Positions 29,486 through 42,579 are shown, numbered from the whole stretch's first letter. The stretch: DNA of 63,962 nt, filler included, from Octopus bimaculoides (GCF_001194135.2; 5 parts of 5 records of this genome joined end to end with filler, not necessarily neighbours in it); one strand, 5' to 3'. A program made the numbers and translations. The notes: generated from the sequence alone by a model not told the origin.

Positions 29486-29717
29486 NNNNNNNNNNNNNNN
29501 NNNNNNNNNNNNNNNNNNNNNNNNNNNNNNNNNNNNNNNNNNNNNNNNNNNNNNNNNNNNNNNNNNNNNNNNNNNNNNNNNNNNNNNNNNNNNNNNNNNN
29601 NNNNNNNNNNNNNNNNNNNNNNNNNNNNNNNNNNNNNNNNNNNNNNNNNNNNNNNNNNNNNNNNNNNNNNNNNNNNNNNNNNNNNNNNNNNNNNNNNNNN
29701 NNNNNNNNNNNNNNNNN

Positions 29718-29814
<97 letters not shown>

Positions 29815-29816
<2 letters not shown>

Positions 29817-30005
29817 AACATCGAAAAATACCTTAGGAATGAGAACCCAGGTTCGAAATTTCCCCAAGACACCTGATAAAAGCTGGTGGGTATATCAGCC
29901 GAAACGTTGTGTTAACAACAAACGAAATGAGGACAAATATCCATCGAATGTAAATAATGTAAATAATGTACATAATTCCTCATCTCTTAGATATAGAACT
30001 GAATA
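29815..30005 (+). mobile_element. Penelope-like element terminal fragment, divergent partner of 29120-29485
   Basis: ACATCGAAAAATACCTTAGGAATGAGAACCCAG...GAGGACAAATATCC...CATAATTCCTCATCTCTTAGATATAGAACTG, preceded by (AAT)n(GAT)n. Confidence 0.8.
29868..29913 (+). ncRNA. minimal type I hammerhead, probably inactivated
   Basis: GACAC-CUGAUAA-A-AGCUGG(UGGGUAUA)UCAGCC-GAAA-CGUU-GUGUU; G8-to-A and G10.1-to-A changes relative to the 29167 copy. Confidence 0.7.
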
Positions 30006-31680
30006 CAAATCACTTGCGTCGGTATCTTTCCACTTTTCTGACCGTAAAAATATTCTTAAAAAAAAAAGAAACGCAAAAATGTCAAGTTGCTGTTAAACGA
30101 AAGACAATGAGTAAAACTTATAGTCAAGAATTTTGCATAATCAAAAAAAAAAAAAAATTGAAGGCTTCTGTGACAAGATTATGCTAACACAGAAACTATA
30201 TACGTCATCACATATTGACAAATGGAAAAAATATGAAGAACAAGAAATATTGTTTCTTAAAATTCTTAACTCACTGAACTAAAAGAGAACTGACTTGGTT
30301 CAACGTTTTAAGTTTCTATAAATCTAAGTGAAATTTTTATTGCTCCCAAGACTCTCATGGTATTCAGTTCACTCCATCAGGAGATATCCAGGTCAAATGC
30401 CGTTTATTGTGTTTTAGCTCGCTATTATTTTACAGTAAATATTCAGAAAGCTATGGTTTAACATGTAACTCTGTTGCAGGTCTATATATGCTGTAGAACA
30501 TGTAAATTGTACATATGAATAATGATGTTATTGTTTGTCTCACCCTAGAAGGTTGTTTTTTTTTTCTGTTTTTACATAGAGTAATGTTGTATGGTAAAAC
30601 TTCATAAAGAGTCGGGAGGCTAGTGAATCAGACCCGAAATAAAACTTAAAGAGAAGTGTGTTCATCTGCCGAAACTAAGTGGATACCAAATGTTCGGTTT
30701 GGGCTTTTAGGTGAAAGAGAGGGGGCGAGAGAGGGATCATTGGAGAGATAGAGAGACAGAAGGAGAGAGAGGGGGAGACAGACAGACTGGGTGAGAGAAG
30801 TCAGGGTTTCTACCTGTTCTTAATCCTGAGTAGCTTTGTTTGATGCTAAATCATGGTCGTTGGGGTCAACGCAACGATACATTTTTCATTATTTCAAATG
30901 TCAGTGTTGACGGTGTATTATCCATCATCTATACAAGCTGTTACATACAGATAGCATTGATACGGCTCTCACCTAGCTTCAAAATATATTTTAAGAAAGG
31001 GTGTGCGAGTGGAGAACTCAGAGCAGTGCAAAGAAAGTGAGCTCTACTGATCCAGCCAATGATGAGATGGTGCGTTAAAACTGGTGGTATGTTAGGCCTA
31101 CCAATGCCACCCAGCTATGTGAAAACAAAAAGGATAGTGATCTAAACATAGTCGGAGGACCAGCTAAGCTTTCATATCTACACATTTTCTATAACATTTT
31201 CAATTATTTAAACAAGATTGTTCATGCAAGAAGAAAATACGTCCATTAATCATAAACACGTCAAAGTGATAGGGTACAACTCTATAAACATTCAGAAAAG
31301 TATTAAACCTGTAAGATCCATTTAAAAACAATAAAATATATTGTAAAGGTCCAAGGTAAATGTTAGCTGCTGCCATTTAATATTAACCAAAATTGCATTT
31401 TTTTCTCAAACATGTAGACAAAGAGATTAATGAGAATTAGAGATTAATGAGAAATAGGTCGTAAGTTAATTAGGCAAGCAACTTTGATTAGTCTCGGAAA
31501 GAAGTGGGAGCACGATTTTTGTCTTGAGAGAGACAGAGACAGTGACAGAGAGAGTGTGTGTGTGTGTGCGCGCGCGCATGGGTGCGTGTGTGCATTTCTG
31601 TAGCCGCAGATCGACCCCATACCTTATGGATGAAATTGGGTTAACGGATGTATTGTGCTCAATTAAAAGATCGTGTTTTG

Positions 31681-31770
31681 TCATACACTGTGTTATGTTG
31701 ATTTTTGCTTGAGAAATACGTTAAGGGAATACGTGTCTGCGGAATACTCAGCCACTTACGTCCTAATTTA
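31681..31770 (+). repeat. SINE-like fragment (related pieces at 26868-26905 and ~41100-41190)
   Basis: TAAGGG...GTGT.TG.GGAATACTCAGCCA.TTA shared with 26868-26905. Confidence 0.55.
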
Positions 31771-32449
31771 ATGAACGTGAGAATTTGTTAATGGAACGAC
31801 TGAAAAAGTCATAGTCGGAAAATCTGACTGAGGCACATTTAATATGCAAGCACACACATACACACACACATTTTCCTTCCTATTTAATCTCTGACAATTT
31901 GGACGCAGTTGGAAATTGATAGGCATTGCTGCTCGGGGAAGGAAGGATCAGAGAGAAACGATTAATCGGTTAGTAAATGAGAGCAACCCTCCCACAACAG
32001 ACGACTCAGCAAATAGCTTTGTATAAAAAAGAAGTTGCTGTTTGTCATTTGGTTAATTCATTTAGAAAATTGACCACCATAAATCAGGATTTGAAAAGAA
32101 AGAAAAGAAAAGTTGCAACGGTATCAAAATTCATCCGAAGGACAATTAATTGGAAGAAGTCTTGCGCTTTCAAGCTAAACAAGATTGCAAGTGTTGATGA
32201 AATTATAACACAGGCATCTGCAATTTCTGGTGCCGTCACTCACTACAGTTAATGAAGAGACAGCTCAGATGTCAAGTAACCAACGTGGTTCTATTACATC
32301 AGATGATACAACATCAGTTGATAACGACATTGGAATATTAGAAAGGTAGATACCGACCACCACCAAAGTTAATGAAGTTCTCTAAAACGAGAAATACACA
32401 CAAATATATTAAGAAGAATTTTTAAAGACTGATTGTAACCCACATTTCT

Positions 32450-34000
32450 ATATCGTTAATGTAACTATTATAGCTTTAAAATGGCGAACAATACTTGCAT
32501 TGCTGTCTAGTTTGGAGTGGATGCAAAGCATCGTTCTTCTGTTCCTCAAATTATGTAATGAGTACTCTTTCAGGAGTAAAAATAAAGCAAGAGGGGGAAA
32601 CTTTACTGAAAAATTATCAGAGCTCACTGTAATGTTTATCACAAATTTTCTTATATCAACAAGTGAAACTTGACGTGATGATTCTCGCATAAAACTTCAG
32701 TTAGTGGTCTTTAGTTGAAAATATTCAAGACCAAGCAAATCTTTGAAGAAAAAGTATACAACGTATACCGGATATTAGACGCTTTCTCAGAGAGAGGAAA
32801 TTAGCTTTTATGGACAAAAGCTACCAAACTGGTGAAAGTCTCTTGAGAATTTTGAAACAGATAGGTGATTTCAAAGGCATTATATATGATCGATGAACAA
32901 TGTTAGAGCTTCCCAAATTAAAAAAAAAAAACATAAATGAGCGCAAATTTCCAAATTTCACATCTGATAGTAAATGTATGCTTATTATTTCCAAATTTTA
33001 TATCTGATAGTCAATGTATGCTAATAATTTTTGCGAATATGTTTAAAAAGCTATTTTAACTGAACAGGAGTATGCAAAGCTTTACAGTATATTTGTGGAT
33101 GTATCTCCTTATTCGTTACCTCTAGAACAAATTGCATTACTACAACTTTGTTTATTTTAGCATAGCTACTAGTTAGTAACTATTCGGAAATAAAAGCTTC
33201 CCAGATTTTGTTGGCAGCAACAAGATGAAAGGTGATGGTGTTGACATTTCAATGCTTCATAAAATAAAATAAGAAAAGATTACATTGCATTGTCTGCAAG
33301 TATCCAAATCAACACGTATTAGAGAGATAATTAGTGGAGCTGAATGTTGCAATAAGGGAGAACTTTCTTGGGTTATGTTCAGAATTTCTACCATATATTT
33401 CGTGGCAGTTCATTCTTAAACGATGGTAAATTGTAAAACAAAATGTTGAGGATTTTTTAAAGGATCACTGCATATTACCTCGGATATTTGAAGGTTAGCA
33501 AGCGTTGGAAGTATTAAGCCCATTGCACTCAGTTTTCTGGCCTACAAAATGCAATTATTCTGAATCTAACTCCGGGGGCGGGGAGTACAAATGTAAGAGG
33601 CAACCAAACTTGTTTAAATTCCTTTGGTTGCATTATGGTCACATTTTGGATTAAATGATTAAACAATATTATCACTTTGATAATATTGTTCTTCAGTTCA
33701 GAAATGTCTGTTACCATTGATGTTAAGTGAATGTGACAGCTTTATTAGATAAAATAAATTCTTTATGCCGAAAATGGGACGGTTTTTCAGTGTTCTTAAT
33801 GAAGATATCGCTGAAAATATTGAAAATCTAACTGAATGTACACCAACAAAGAATAAAAGATACAAATACTTTTACTATCCTCGAAGATAGGAATATGGAA
33901 GAAGTGTTTTTACAAGATAATTTAGTTGCTCGTTTTAAATATTAGAAGACACCACAAGCCTATAATTTATTTAGATATGTTTAGAAATACCTATAAATAG
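32450..34000 (+). pseudogene. decayed hAT-superfamily transposase (ZMYM1/DUF4371-like)
   Basis: Frame-broken motifs in the expected order: FLRERKLAFMDKSYQTGESLLRILKQIGDF (32783-32872), AKLYSIFVDVSPYSLPLEQIALL (33074-33150, like AKYYSIxxDxTPDxSHxEQ), LNLTPGAGSTNVRGNQTCLNSFGCIMVTFWIK (33560-33660) and TIDV; TIRs not resolved. Confidence 0.65.
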
Positions 34001-34108
34001 AAAAAGATCAAATTGGTCTTTATTTCAATAGGAAACAAGAAATATTCCATTTCAAAATCAATTTATGAATCAAATATTTCTGTCAATTATAAACATTTAG
34101 ACTCATTT

Positions 34109-34173
34109 CTTCTTTTATTTGTTTCAGTCATTCGACTGCGGCCATGCTGGTGCATCGCTTTGAAATACTTTTT
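34109..34173 (-). mobile_element. SINE S1 3' tail fragment
   Basis: TTGTTTCAGTCATTCGACTGCGGCCATGCTGG. Confidence 0.8.
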
Positions 34174-34760
34174 ATTCCCTAACGTGACAGTTGCTGAGGC
34201 TAAAAGATTTTTCAGACTTTTAGCTCGTATTAATAACTTTGAGATCGACAGGGAACAAGAGAAAGTCATCTAATATCGGACTTTAATGATTGAATCATCT
34301 CTTGCACGTGAACTTCATTAAGGCTCTATAATTAATCTCTTTACTAATCATTAGGCTAGGAACATTCTCTTACAATCAATATTATAATTGTATATTTAAC
34401 TTGCTAAAATGAAGTTACTTTTTAATGTTTTCATTTAATGGTACCACAATATTTTCACATACATTATAAATTAGCAATCCAGGGGCCAGTCAGTTATCTA
34501 AACCTCTACACATAGCACAAATATTACATGCTGACACACATTCCTTCCCTCCTTCTCTCTCTCTCACACACATACACACACAGGCACACACACACACACA
34601 CACAAACACTCAGGCAAACACACAGGCACACACACACACTCACACATACACACACATTCATACTTTCAGACAGATAATATGCTTCCATAAATATTGATTC
34701 ATTAAATACTTAAGATAAGCTTGAAGGAAACAATGAAACTTTTCAAGAAGGCTGTCTAAC

Positions 34761-34864
34761 TTACTCTTTTACTCATTAACTCTTTTACTTGTTTCAGTCA
34801 CTTGACTGCGGCCATGCTGGAGCACCGCCTTTAGTCGAGCAAATCGACCCCAGGACTTATTCTT
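34761..34864 (-). mobile_element. SINE S1 3' tail fragment
   Basis: CTCTTTTACTTGTTTCAGTCACTTGACTGCGGCCATGCTGGAGCACCGCCTTTAGTCGAGCAAATCGACCCCAGGACTTATTCTT; reverse complement of 44700-44790. Confidence 0.9.
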
Positions 34865-36255
34865 ACATATTAATTTACATATTTGTTTCACTGTTTATAC
34901 ATTTCAATATTTAAATTATGCGAATGCTGTTCCCGTTAGCTGGGGAAGCCAATACATTCACATGCGGAACTGATGTCGTAGCAAATATTGAAACATTTAC
35001 GAGAACAAATTCAAAAAACTTATTAAAACACACTCTGGTTGAAATTGCACAGCTCCAAATAAAAATGCTGGGTGCTTTCAAATAGTGTCATACTAAGATC
35101 TTTCTTCTCAAAATATAGAGCCGAAAGTTTTAATAACTTGAGGTTTAATGAGAGTTAGTTTAATGAGTAAATATAACGGCGAACTTAATTCATCTATTTA
35201 TAAGAAACTTGATATATAATTAGAGTGATTTTCTTCGGTACAGTAAGCCTTTGAAGTAATTTAGACACACATACACTTTAGATAGATACATACATACATA
35301 CATACATACATACATGCATACATACGTACGTACATACATACCTACATACATACATACACACACACACACGTACGCACACACGCACACATACACATATACA
35401 CACACACATTACATACACACACGCCTGTGTTAAGAAAGATGCTCACGCATGCCTAATACATGCGCAAAAGATTAAAACATCTCATAATTTTCCTTGCTGA
35501 CAACCACAGCCAAAGAAACTTTTGAACAGCCATCTGTAATTAATATCAAAATAGAAAATTTGACGCAGCAAATTAATTAACTTTTATCCTAAAACATTAA
35601 AGGACCAATTAAATACTGGCAGGCTGAGTACATAATTGAAATCTGCGACATGATTGATATCGTTACTCTACCTGGCAGGTGTCTGTTTCGCTATCCACAA
35701 AATGTTAACAATCGGTTCTTGTTTAATTAGAGCAATGATTCCTAGCTAAGAGTCAGTCTCCTATTGCATTTTACAGGCGCTTTATTATAGCATCCAAAAT
35801 AAGGAAATGAAAAATCGACTTCAGTATGATTTAAACTCAGAGCTCAGAGTTGAAAAATACCAAAACATATTCCACAACACTGCCATTGTGCTGCTAATAT
35901 GTATGTATGTATGTATGTATGTACGTTCTCTTCTGTTTTTGATTATTAGAAATCTTCTTTATGGAAGGGCCTACTACTTTGCATTAATACAGGGTCCGTA
36001 TTGCAATGTTGAGAATAAAAACATGCATATTTTCAGCTTATACACACATGCAAATACATACATATATATGTGTGTGTATATATACACGCACACATACATA
36101 TGCATTNNNNNNNNNNNNNNNNNNNNNNNNNNNNNNNNNNNNNNNNNNNNNNNNNNNNNNNNNNNNNNNNNNNNNNNNNNNNNNNNNNNNNNNNNNNNNN
36201 NNNNNNNNNNNNNNNNNNNNNNNNNNNNNNNNNNNNNNNNNNNNNNNNNNNNNNN

Positions 36256-36454
36256 GTGTAGTATATTGCCACTTAAGTGTGGCTGACCCCTAGGGGTGGA
36301 TGTTACTGTTGCTTTTAGCCCCAGGAGGACATCTCCTCCAGCTGGCTTATCGACACACGACTGTGTCCTGTTTGCCAAGGGAAGTTATCCCTCTCACCTC
36401 GATCTGCAGCACGAACGTATCCGGATTTCAGGGTTATTTCCCTTCGTCGGCGTC
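36256..36454 (-). mobile_element. short non-coding interspersed element with hammerhead motif (probable PLE derivative)
   Basis: GC-richer 200-bp island between microsatellites, carrying a hammerhead-like motif at its right end. Confidence 0.55.
36414..36454 (-). ncRNA. minimal type I hammerhead with U4C substitution
   Basis: GACG-CCGACGA-AGGG(AAAUAA)CCCU-GAAA-UCCGGAUA-CGUU: 4-bp stem I, 4-bp stem II, 8-nt palindrome AUCCGGAU as helix III, AUA triplet. Confidence 0.65.
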
Positions 36455-36559
36455 ATATATATATATATATATATACGTACATACATACATACATATATAT
36501 GTGTGTGTATATATACACGCACACATACATATGCATTCATGCATACATACATACATACA

Positions 36560-36610
<51 letters not shown>

Positions 36611-36648
36611 GCATCTATATATAATATTCATCTATATATGTATATAAA

Positions 36649-37515
36649 CGAGGGGATACCCAAAAGTAACCGGAAAAGTACTCTGTGGGACAAGACCGTT
36701 GTAGTTCAGGCTAGAAGTCACTTGATACGACCCTCAGGCATCAGTTTGCCGACCGGCGTCATAGACTGTTGTTGTACTGCCACGTGATGTGTCTTTGCTT
36801 TGCAGTGATTCTCCTCTGTTCGTTGATTTCTGTGATGGCTGAAACAAAGGAACAGCGTGCGTCCGTGAAATTCTGTTTTCTGCTGGGGAAAACGGTGAAC
36901 GAATCAGTTGTCATACTTCAAACAGCTTACAAGGATGCTACCATGAGCAAAGCACAAGTTTACGAGTGGTTTCTACGCCTTAGGCATGATCACTTGCTGC
37001 TTGAAGGCCAACCTCGTTTAGGACCACCGTATACCTCCCGAACGAATGAGGACATCATAGAATTCATGAACTGATCTCGGAGGACCGTCACCGAACAATT
37101 GACGAACTTGTTGATATGGCTAGTGTATCTTTGAGCTCCTGCCAACGAATTTTGAGCGAGGAATTGTGAATGATAAGAGCTGCAACAAAATTTGTGCCTC
37201 GCTTGCCCATGGAAGATCAAAAGCAGGCACGACTGAATGCGTGTCTTGAACTGAAAAAAACATTTGGAAATTGGTGACGAAAGCTGGTGCTACGGAATTT
37301 GCAGATGCGAAAGGGGTGAAGGAAAAAACAACGGAGGCGTTAAAAGGCATCACTTCGCAAGAGTTCCAGCATCGCTTCGAACAGTGGAAAACGCTCCTGG
37401 ACCAATACATTGCTTCAAACGGAGAATACCATGAAGGCGATAATAGTGTAAACACGTAAAACTAAGTGAATAAAATAATATTGCAAAATTCCGGTTTCTT
37501 TTGGGTACCCCTTCG
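36649..37515 (+). mobile_element. mariner element, internally deleted (catalytic domain lost)
   Basis: TIRs CGAGGGGATACCCAAAAGTAACCGGAA / TTCCGGTTTCTTTTGGGTACCCCTTCG|TA. ATG at 36835 gives MAETKEQRASVKFCFLLGKT...VYEWF...QPRLGPPYTS, then DRHRTIDEL...KFVPRL, then jumps to the C-terminal FEQWKTLLDQYIASNGEYHEGD. Confidence 0.92.
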
Positions 37516-37745
37516 TATATTCAGTCGCCTATATTCATATATATATATACGCATATTTATGCTGATATTATGCATACCTACCAGTTCATTCATTAGTCAC
37601 GTATAAGTATGAGAAAGCAACCGAGACAGTAGTGGATAGCTGCAGGCACATGACACTATTTTTTATATCCGTTAATTTAATAAATAATTCTAGGATGTTT
37701 GAAGGTGTGTGTAAAATAAATATTGATATTACTTGTTCAATACGA

Positions 37746-37953
37746 AGGCGGCGAGTTGGGAGAATCATTAGCAAACCGGGTAAAATGCTTATCGGCATTT
37801 CGTCCGTCCTTACGTTCTGAGTTCAAATTCTTACTTTGTCTTTCATCTTGTCGGGTCGGTAAATTAAGTACCAGTGAAACACTTGAGTTGATGGAATCGA
37901 CTAGACCCCTCTCCCAAAATTTCAGGCCTTGTGCCTTTAGTAGAAAGGATATT
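37746..37953 (+). mobile_element. tRNA-derived SINE family S2 with target-site duplication
   Basis: AGGCGGCGAGTTGGGAGAATCATTAG head and GAGTTCAAATT B box; flanked by 15-bp direct repeat GATATTACTTGTTCA (37725-37739 and 37948-37962). Confidence 0.85.
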
Positions 37954-40724
37954 ACTTGTTCAGTACAAGGTTGGTACAAATATAACTGATTTTTGTCACC
38001 TTTAAGTTTGGTATTTATGTTTGAACAAACATTCATTTAACTATGTTCATTTTGAAACGCTGAATTAGATCAATTGATGCGAGTGGTTTTGCTCTGAATG
38101 TTTATTCTTGTTTAGCTGAGTCTGAAAACAAGTTAAAGATGAAAAGAAACAAAAGTAAAGCTCGAGTAGTTTTACAGTGTGAATACTGAGTTCAAAACTG
38201 AAGGCAAATAGCGAAAATTGCTCACAGTATCGACCAGAGTCGACCAAATACTTTATCAGACCAGAGGGCAGTCAACAAATATGATTTAACACAGGTTCGA
38301 AAAACTAGTAGAGACTAGAGACTTGTATAAGATAAGAATGGTTGCAGACGTTTCTGCAATTGAAAACGAACATTTGAGAACTATAACTGAAGCAGGCACA
38401 CACAAAACAACTCGATAGGATACGTTGATCGTTCAACTCTTGTTTGACATTGCACTGGAAAGTTTTTTAAAAGTGCTCGGCTTATATGTGCCGCATGTGC
38501 TCTAACAAATCCCTATTACAAAGTTTACTTTGTGTTTCTTTATTCAGTAAAACTGTCAATTTCTTGACCGCAATGTTGTGCTATGTGCAGGAAACTGGAG
38601 TCTCTACAACAACCGATGATGTTCTGCCCTGTGGATGGACTGGGGGTGATCATCTAAACAGTTTTTCAAATCGAAATTGCAACAATCATAGGATTTGTGA
38701 AGACACTGTTTAATATATTATTCAGTGTTTTAGCTTTTGAGATCCTGCAGTAAGTGAATATTTTTATTTCAAAACAATGATCTTATTTTGAAATGCACTG
38801 AAGACGTTTATTTTGCAAATCGGTACATTTCTTTCTGAGCTTTGTTCTGTTTTCTGCAAAACTGCTTTCATTCGCTGTTTTCGCACTCTCAAAGACTGTT
38901 TCATTGTGTTTTCAATTTCTGCACTAAACATTTCAAAATATCTGTTCCTCCAGCCGCCAATGAATAGTTTAAGTTATTTAAGTACTTTCAGACATGTTCT
39001 TCTCATGGGAACCTCTCTGTTAGTGTTTATATTTCTATCAACCAAGGCTTTCTTCAATGTTGCCATGGAGACAACAAATAGCTTGACACACGCTGAAGTC
39101 TAAATAAACAAAAGAACATTATTTTGCTCATCTGTACGTGTTTTATTGTTTAAAAAACAATAAAAGACACATATTTCCTTATTGCCAAAACCAGTTAACA
39201 ATGTCCTCGATGCAATATCATTTTGATGCTTTGTTGCACAGTAAACCAGTGATGTTTGACTTGGGCAGTATCGTCCACTTGAGGACGTTGTTAACTCACA
39301 ACGGGATGGTAAATGTTCGGGAGACGCTATGGGTGAAGCCCTGGGGTGTTTCTTGGAAATAGATTATTTAAACCATGTACAATACTTATACTCTAATCCC
39401 GATGAAAATATTTTTAATGTGTTTAAAATATGAGCCGGATTCGTGTTTACTAGAGAGCAGAAACAAAACTGATGACTTCCCAAGGCTGAATTAATTTCGA
39501 TATAAATCATCGTTATCTTCAGTAATTTCGATAAAAAGTAACATATAGAGCACTGCTTAAAACAAATATCTAAAACAGAGGCACACACAAGAAAGGATAA
39601 TAAAGAAAATTTTGGATAATAGGCACAAAATTAGTTTCTATTTGATTCCAATTAATTTCAGCAAAACATGCGAAAGGAACAGGGCATTGTAAAAAGTCTT
39701 TGGCGTTGGTTATGACAAAGTCTTAGTGTCAGTTTTTATACAACAGTTATTGCTACATTTTTTACAAGGCTTCATGAAAATATAAACTGTGTCAATCTTA
39801 TATGAACATCAAATTTTACAGGTGCAGAAGGTGCAAATTTTACAGGTGCAGATAATTGATGATTAAGCTGATCTTTCATATCGCTACAAAAACGTATGCC
39901 GTTGATTCTTCAACCATCTCCAAGTTGGTATAGAGCTGTGAAACAGCTATTAGGAAAATTGTGCTGGCTGAGTATGAAGTTGTGAAAATATCTATGAGAG
40001 AAGAATTCGTCGAGGTCTGTAACAAACAAGTTCCAATTCTCTCTGGCTTTTCGAGCTCAAAGTATCTTTTTGAGCTTATATTAAGGTCTGTGCACATAAA
40101 CTCGCGATAAACTCGTGATTTACATGCGATCGGAAATGAAGATGAAGTCAACTGCCATATGCCGTTCGATGATACGAGGCACTGCGTTACTATATGTTGG
40201 GGACCACTACATTAAGCTCAGAGTGGGGAAGAAAACGTTTAGTCCCATACCTTATACCCACCCCAGTCAACCATGATCGAGAAAGCCTATAGTCGGATGC
40301 TTTCCAACTGTGATCAAGCCGTTCTTTTGGGAATACCTATGATTAGATTAGGTAATGAGTCCTTCCTGAGAGAAACCTTTTCGTTGCTAATTCTAACAGG
40401 TCGAGTGACCACGTGAAATGTTTCATTGTTGATAGGAGCGAGCAGTGATCTTCAGCATATCTACGTCTATCTAACTGTTAACACTAAATATTTAACAATA
40501 TTTTTAATCTTTCGTTCTCTGACTAATACATACATACATGCGAGCACACACATACACCACACACACGGTGCACACGCGTTATGCATATGAAAAGTATACT
40601 ATACAGTTGCATTCGTCGATAAAGAGCTGATTACAAATTATTGCAGATAAATAATTTTAAAGTGTTCCCTATGAACCCTGCAGTATAGATACTAATTACA
40701 AATAATATAACTGCATATGTCAGT

Positions 40725-40733
40725 TACACACAC

Positions 40734-40807
<74 letters not shown>
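40725..40807. repeat. (CA)n microsatellite
   Basis: Direct. Confidence 0.95.
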
Positions 40808-40809
<2 letters not shown>

Positions 40810-41880
40810 GCAGATAATGAAATAACGATAAACTCTAAAAGGAAAGAAATAACTATCAAAAGATTGGTATAATGATATTGAGATAAGATGTGCTGATTAC
40901 AATAGATTCATTGATCTAATGAATATAAGGTCAAAAACTTTTCATTGCTATTTCTCCTTCCCGTCTTCTCTCCACCCTCTCTTTTATTGCAACATTCACT
41001 AATGTAAGTAAGCATAGCCAAGGGGTGAAGTTCGCAGGGAAAGCCGAGTATTGAATTCTACCGGACTGACTCTGTCTGTAATTCAGAAGTCCATTCGACC
41101 TGGTTACATACTGCGTCACGTTGATTCTGCCTGAGAATTACCACTAGATGCTTCGTGTCTATCGACAAGTTACCCAAGTCTCCGTTAATTTAAAGCAGAC
41201 AAGTGTAAACATTTATGAGAAATGGGCCATATGAGACATAGCTCGATATATGGCGAGCCGCACTACCAAGAAGATTCAAAATTCAATATAATGTTTTGTT
41301 ATGCGTGCCATTCAGAAACTCCAGCGGGTCGCAGGTCGCCCACGTCTGATTTAAAAAATAGGTGAATTACTTAATCGAACTACTGAATACTCACCCCCAC
41401 CCCACCTCCGTTGAATACTAACTGAAGAACCAGCTTAACGTGAGCTCTGGCCCAGGTCTTGGAGAGAATACTTAAACCTGATTCAGCAAATGTTTCCACA
41501 TTATACTTCAAGTCGACCTGGGTTACAAGGGTCTGTTTCGAAGTGGCTGAACTCCTTAAGGAGAAATGTTAGAGTGCGCAAACACTAGGAGAGAGACGGG
41601 TGAAAAATCGTCACTGAAACTCAGTTTTAAATTTGGATAGCAAATATATTTCTTATTTGTGTTATGAATCATTATGGCAAAAAGTTTTTTTAAATTTATA
41701 GAAATACATGCATACATACATACGTACATGCAGGTATTGCACATACATGCATTATACATACACACATGTATATACATATGAATATATACATAGATATACA
41801 CAGATATATGCATATATATAAACTTATATATACATAAATATATGCACATATGAATACGTAATATATATATATATATATTT

Positions 41881-42376
41881 ATTTATTAATTCATAAAAGA
41901 ATATAAGGATAAAAATCACGTTAATGATTTTTATCGAGTATTCGACATGCTATAAACATTTATAGGCAATTAATACATTAATTAATAATAATGTACATTT
42001 GTATATGTATATAATTGACTTATATTTCCCCGTGTAATGTGTTGACGAAGGAAGAAGGCTTATTTTTCGCTTTAATCCAGAAATTGGAACCAGTTCACAA
42101 TTAACGTGAGGGCATTTTAATTTTCTCTCACAAGCCCACTTTCAGCAATGTGTATATTTAGCTGGAGTTTTTGGTAGATTTTTGAAGGTATCGGCACTTC
42201 AAACATGCTGGAGACAGGTTGTTTTCGTCCTTGCAGTCTTGATATAATTATATACATATGTACATTATTATTAATTTAATATATTAATTGCCTATAAATT
42301 TTTATAGCACGCTGACTACTTGATAAAAATCATTAACGGGATTTTTATCCTTATATTCTTTTATGAATTAATAAAT
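41881..42376. mobile_element. MITE/foldback element with ~135-bp AT-rich terminal inverted repeats
   Basis: 41881-42016 is the imperfect reverse complement of 42246-42376; ~230-bp spacer. Confidence 0.8.
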
Positions 42377-42579
42377 GATTTAAATAAAATGATTTAATTA
42401 TTTTTACTCCTGACCGAAATAGCATTACTGCTTGACTATCCCTATAATATACACGTTGGCTGTCGTGGGGGGATTTAAAATTGACTTTCCTTGGATCAAT
42501 ATGTGCACATTAGGAGGTCAGGGTACTTGATACCACCCAAAAAATTATAAGTGAAATGCGTGCGGGTGACTTATCAAAA

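Noticed and set aside
32948-33027. 40-bp tandem duplication inside the hAT remnant
   Set aside because: Ordinary local slippage duplication with no evident function
39876-40151. ORF with VSQLYTNL resembling PLE RT (DVxSLYTNI)
   Set aside because: Single short motif lacking the catalytic Asp and flanking motifs
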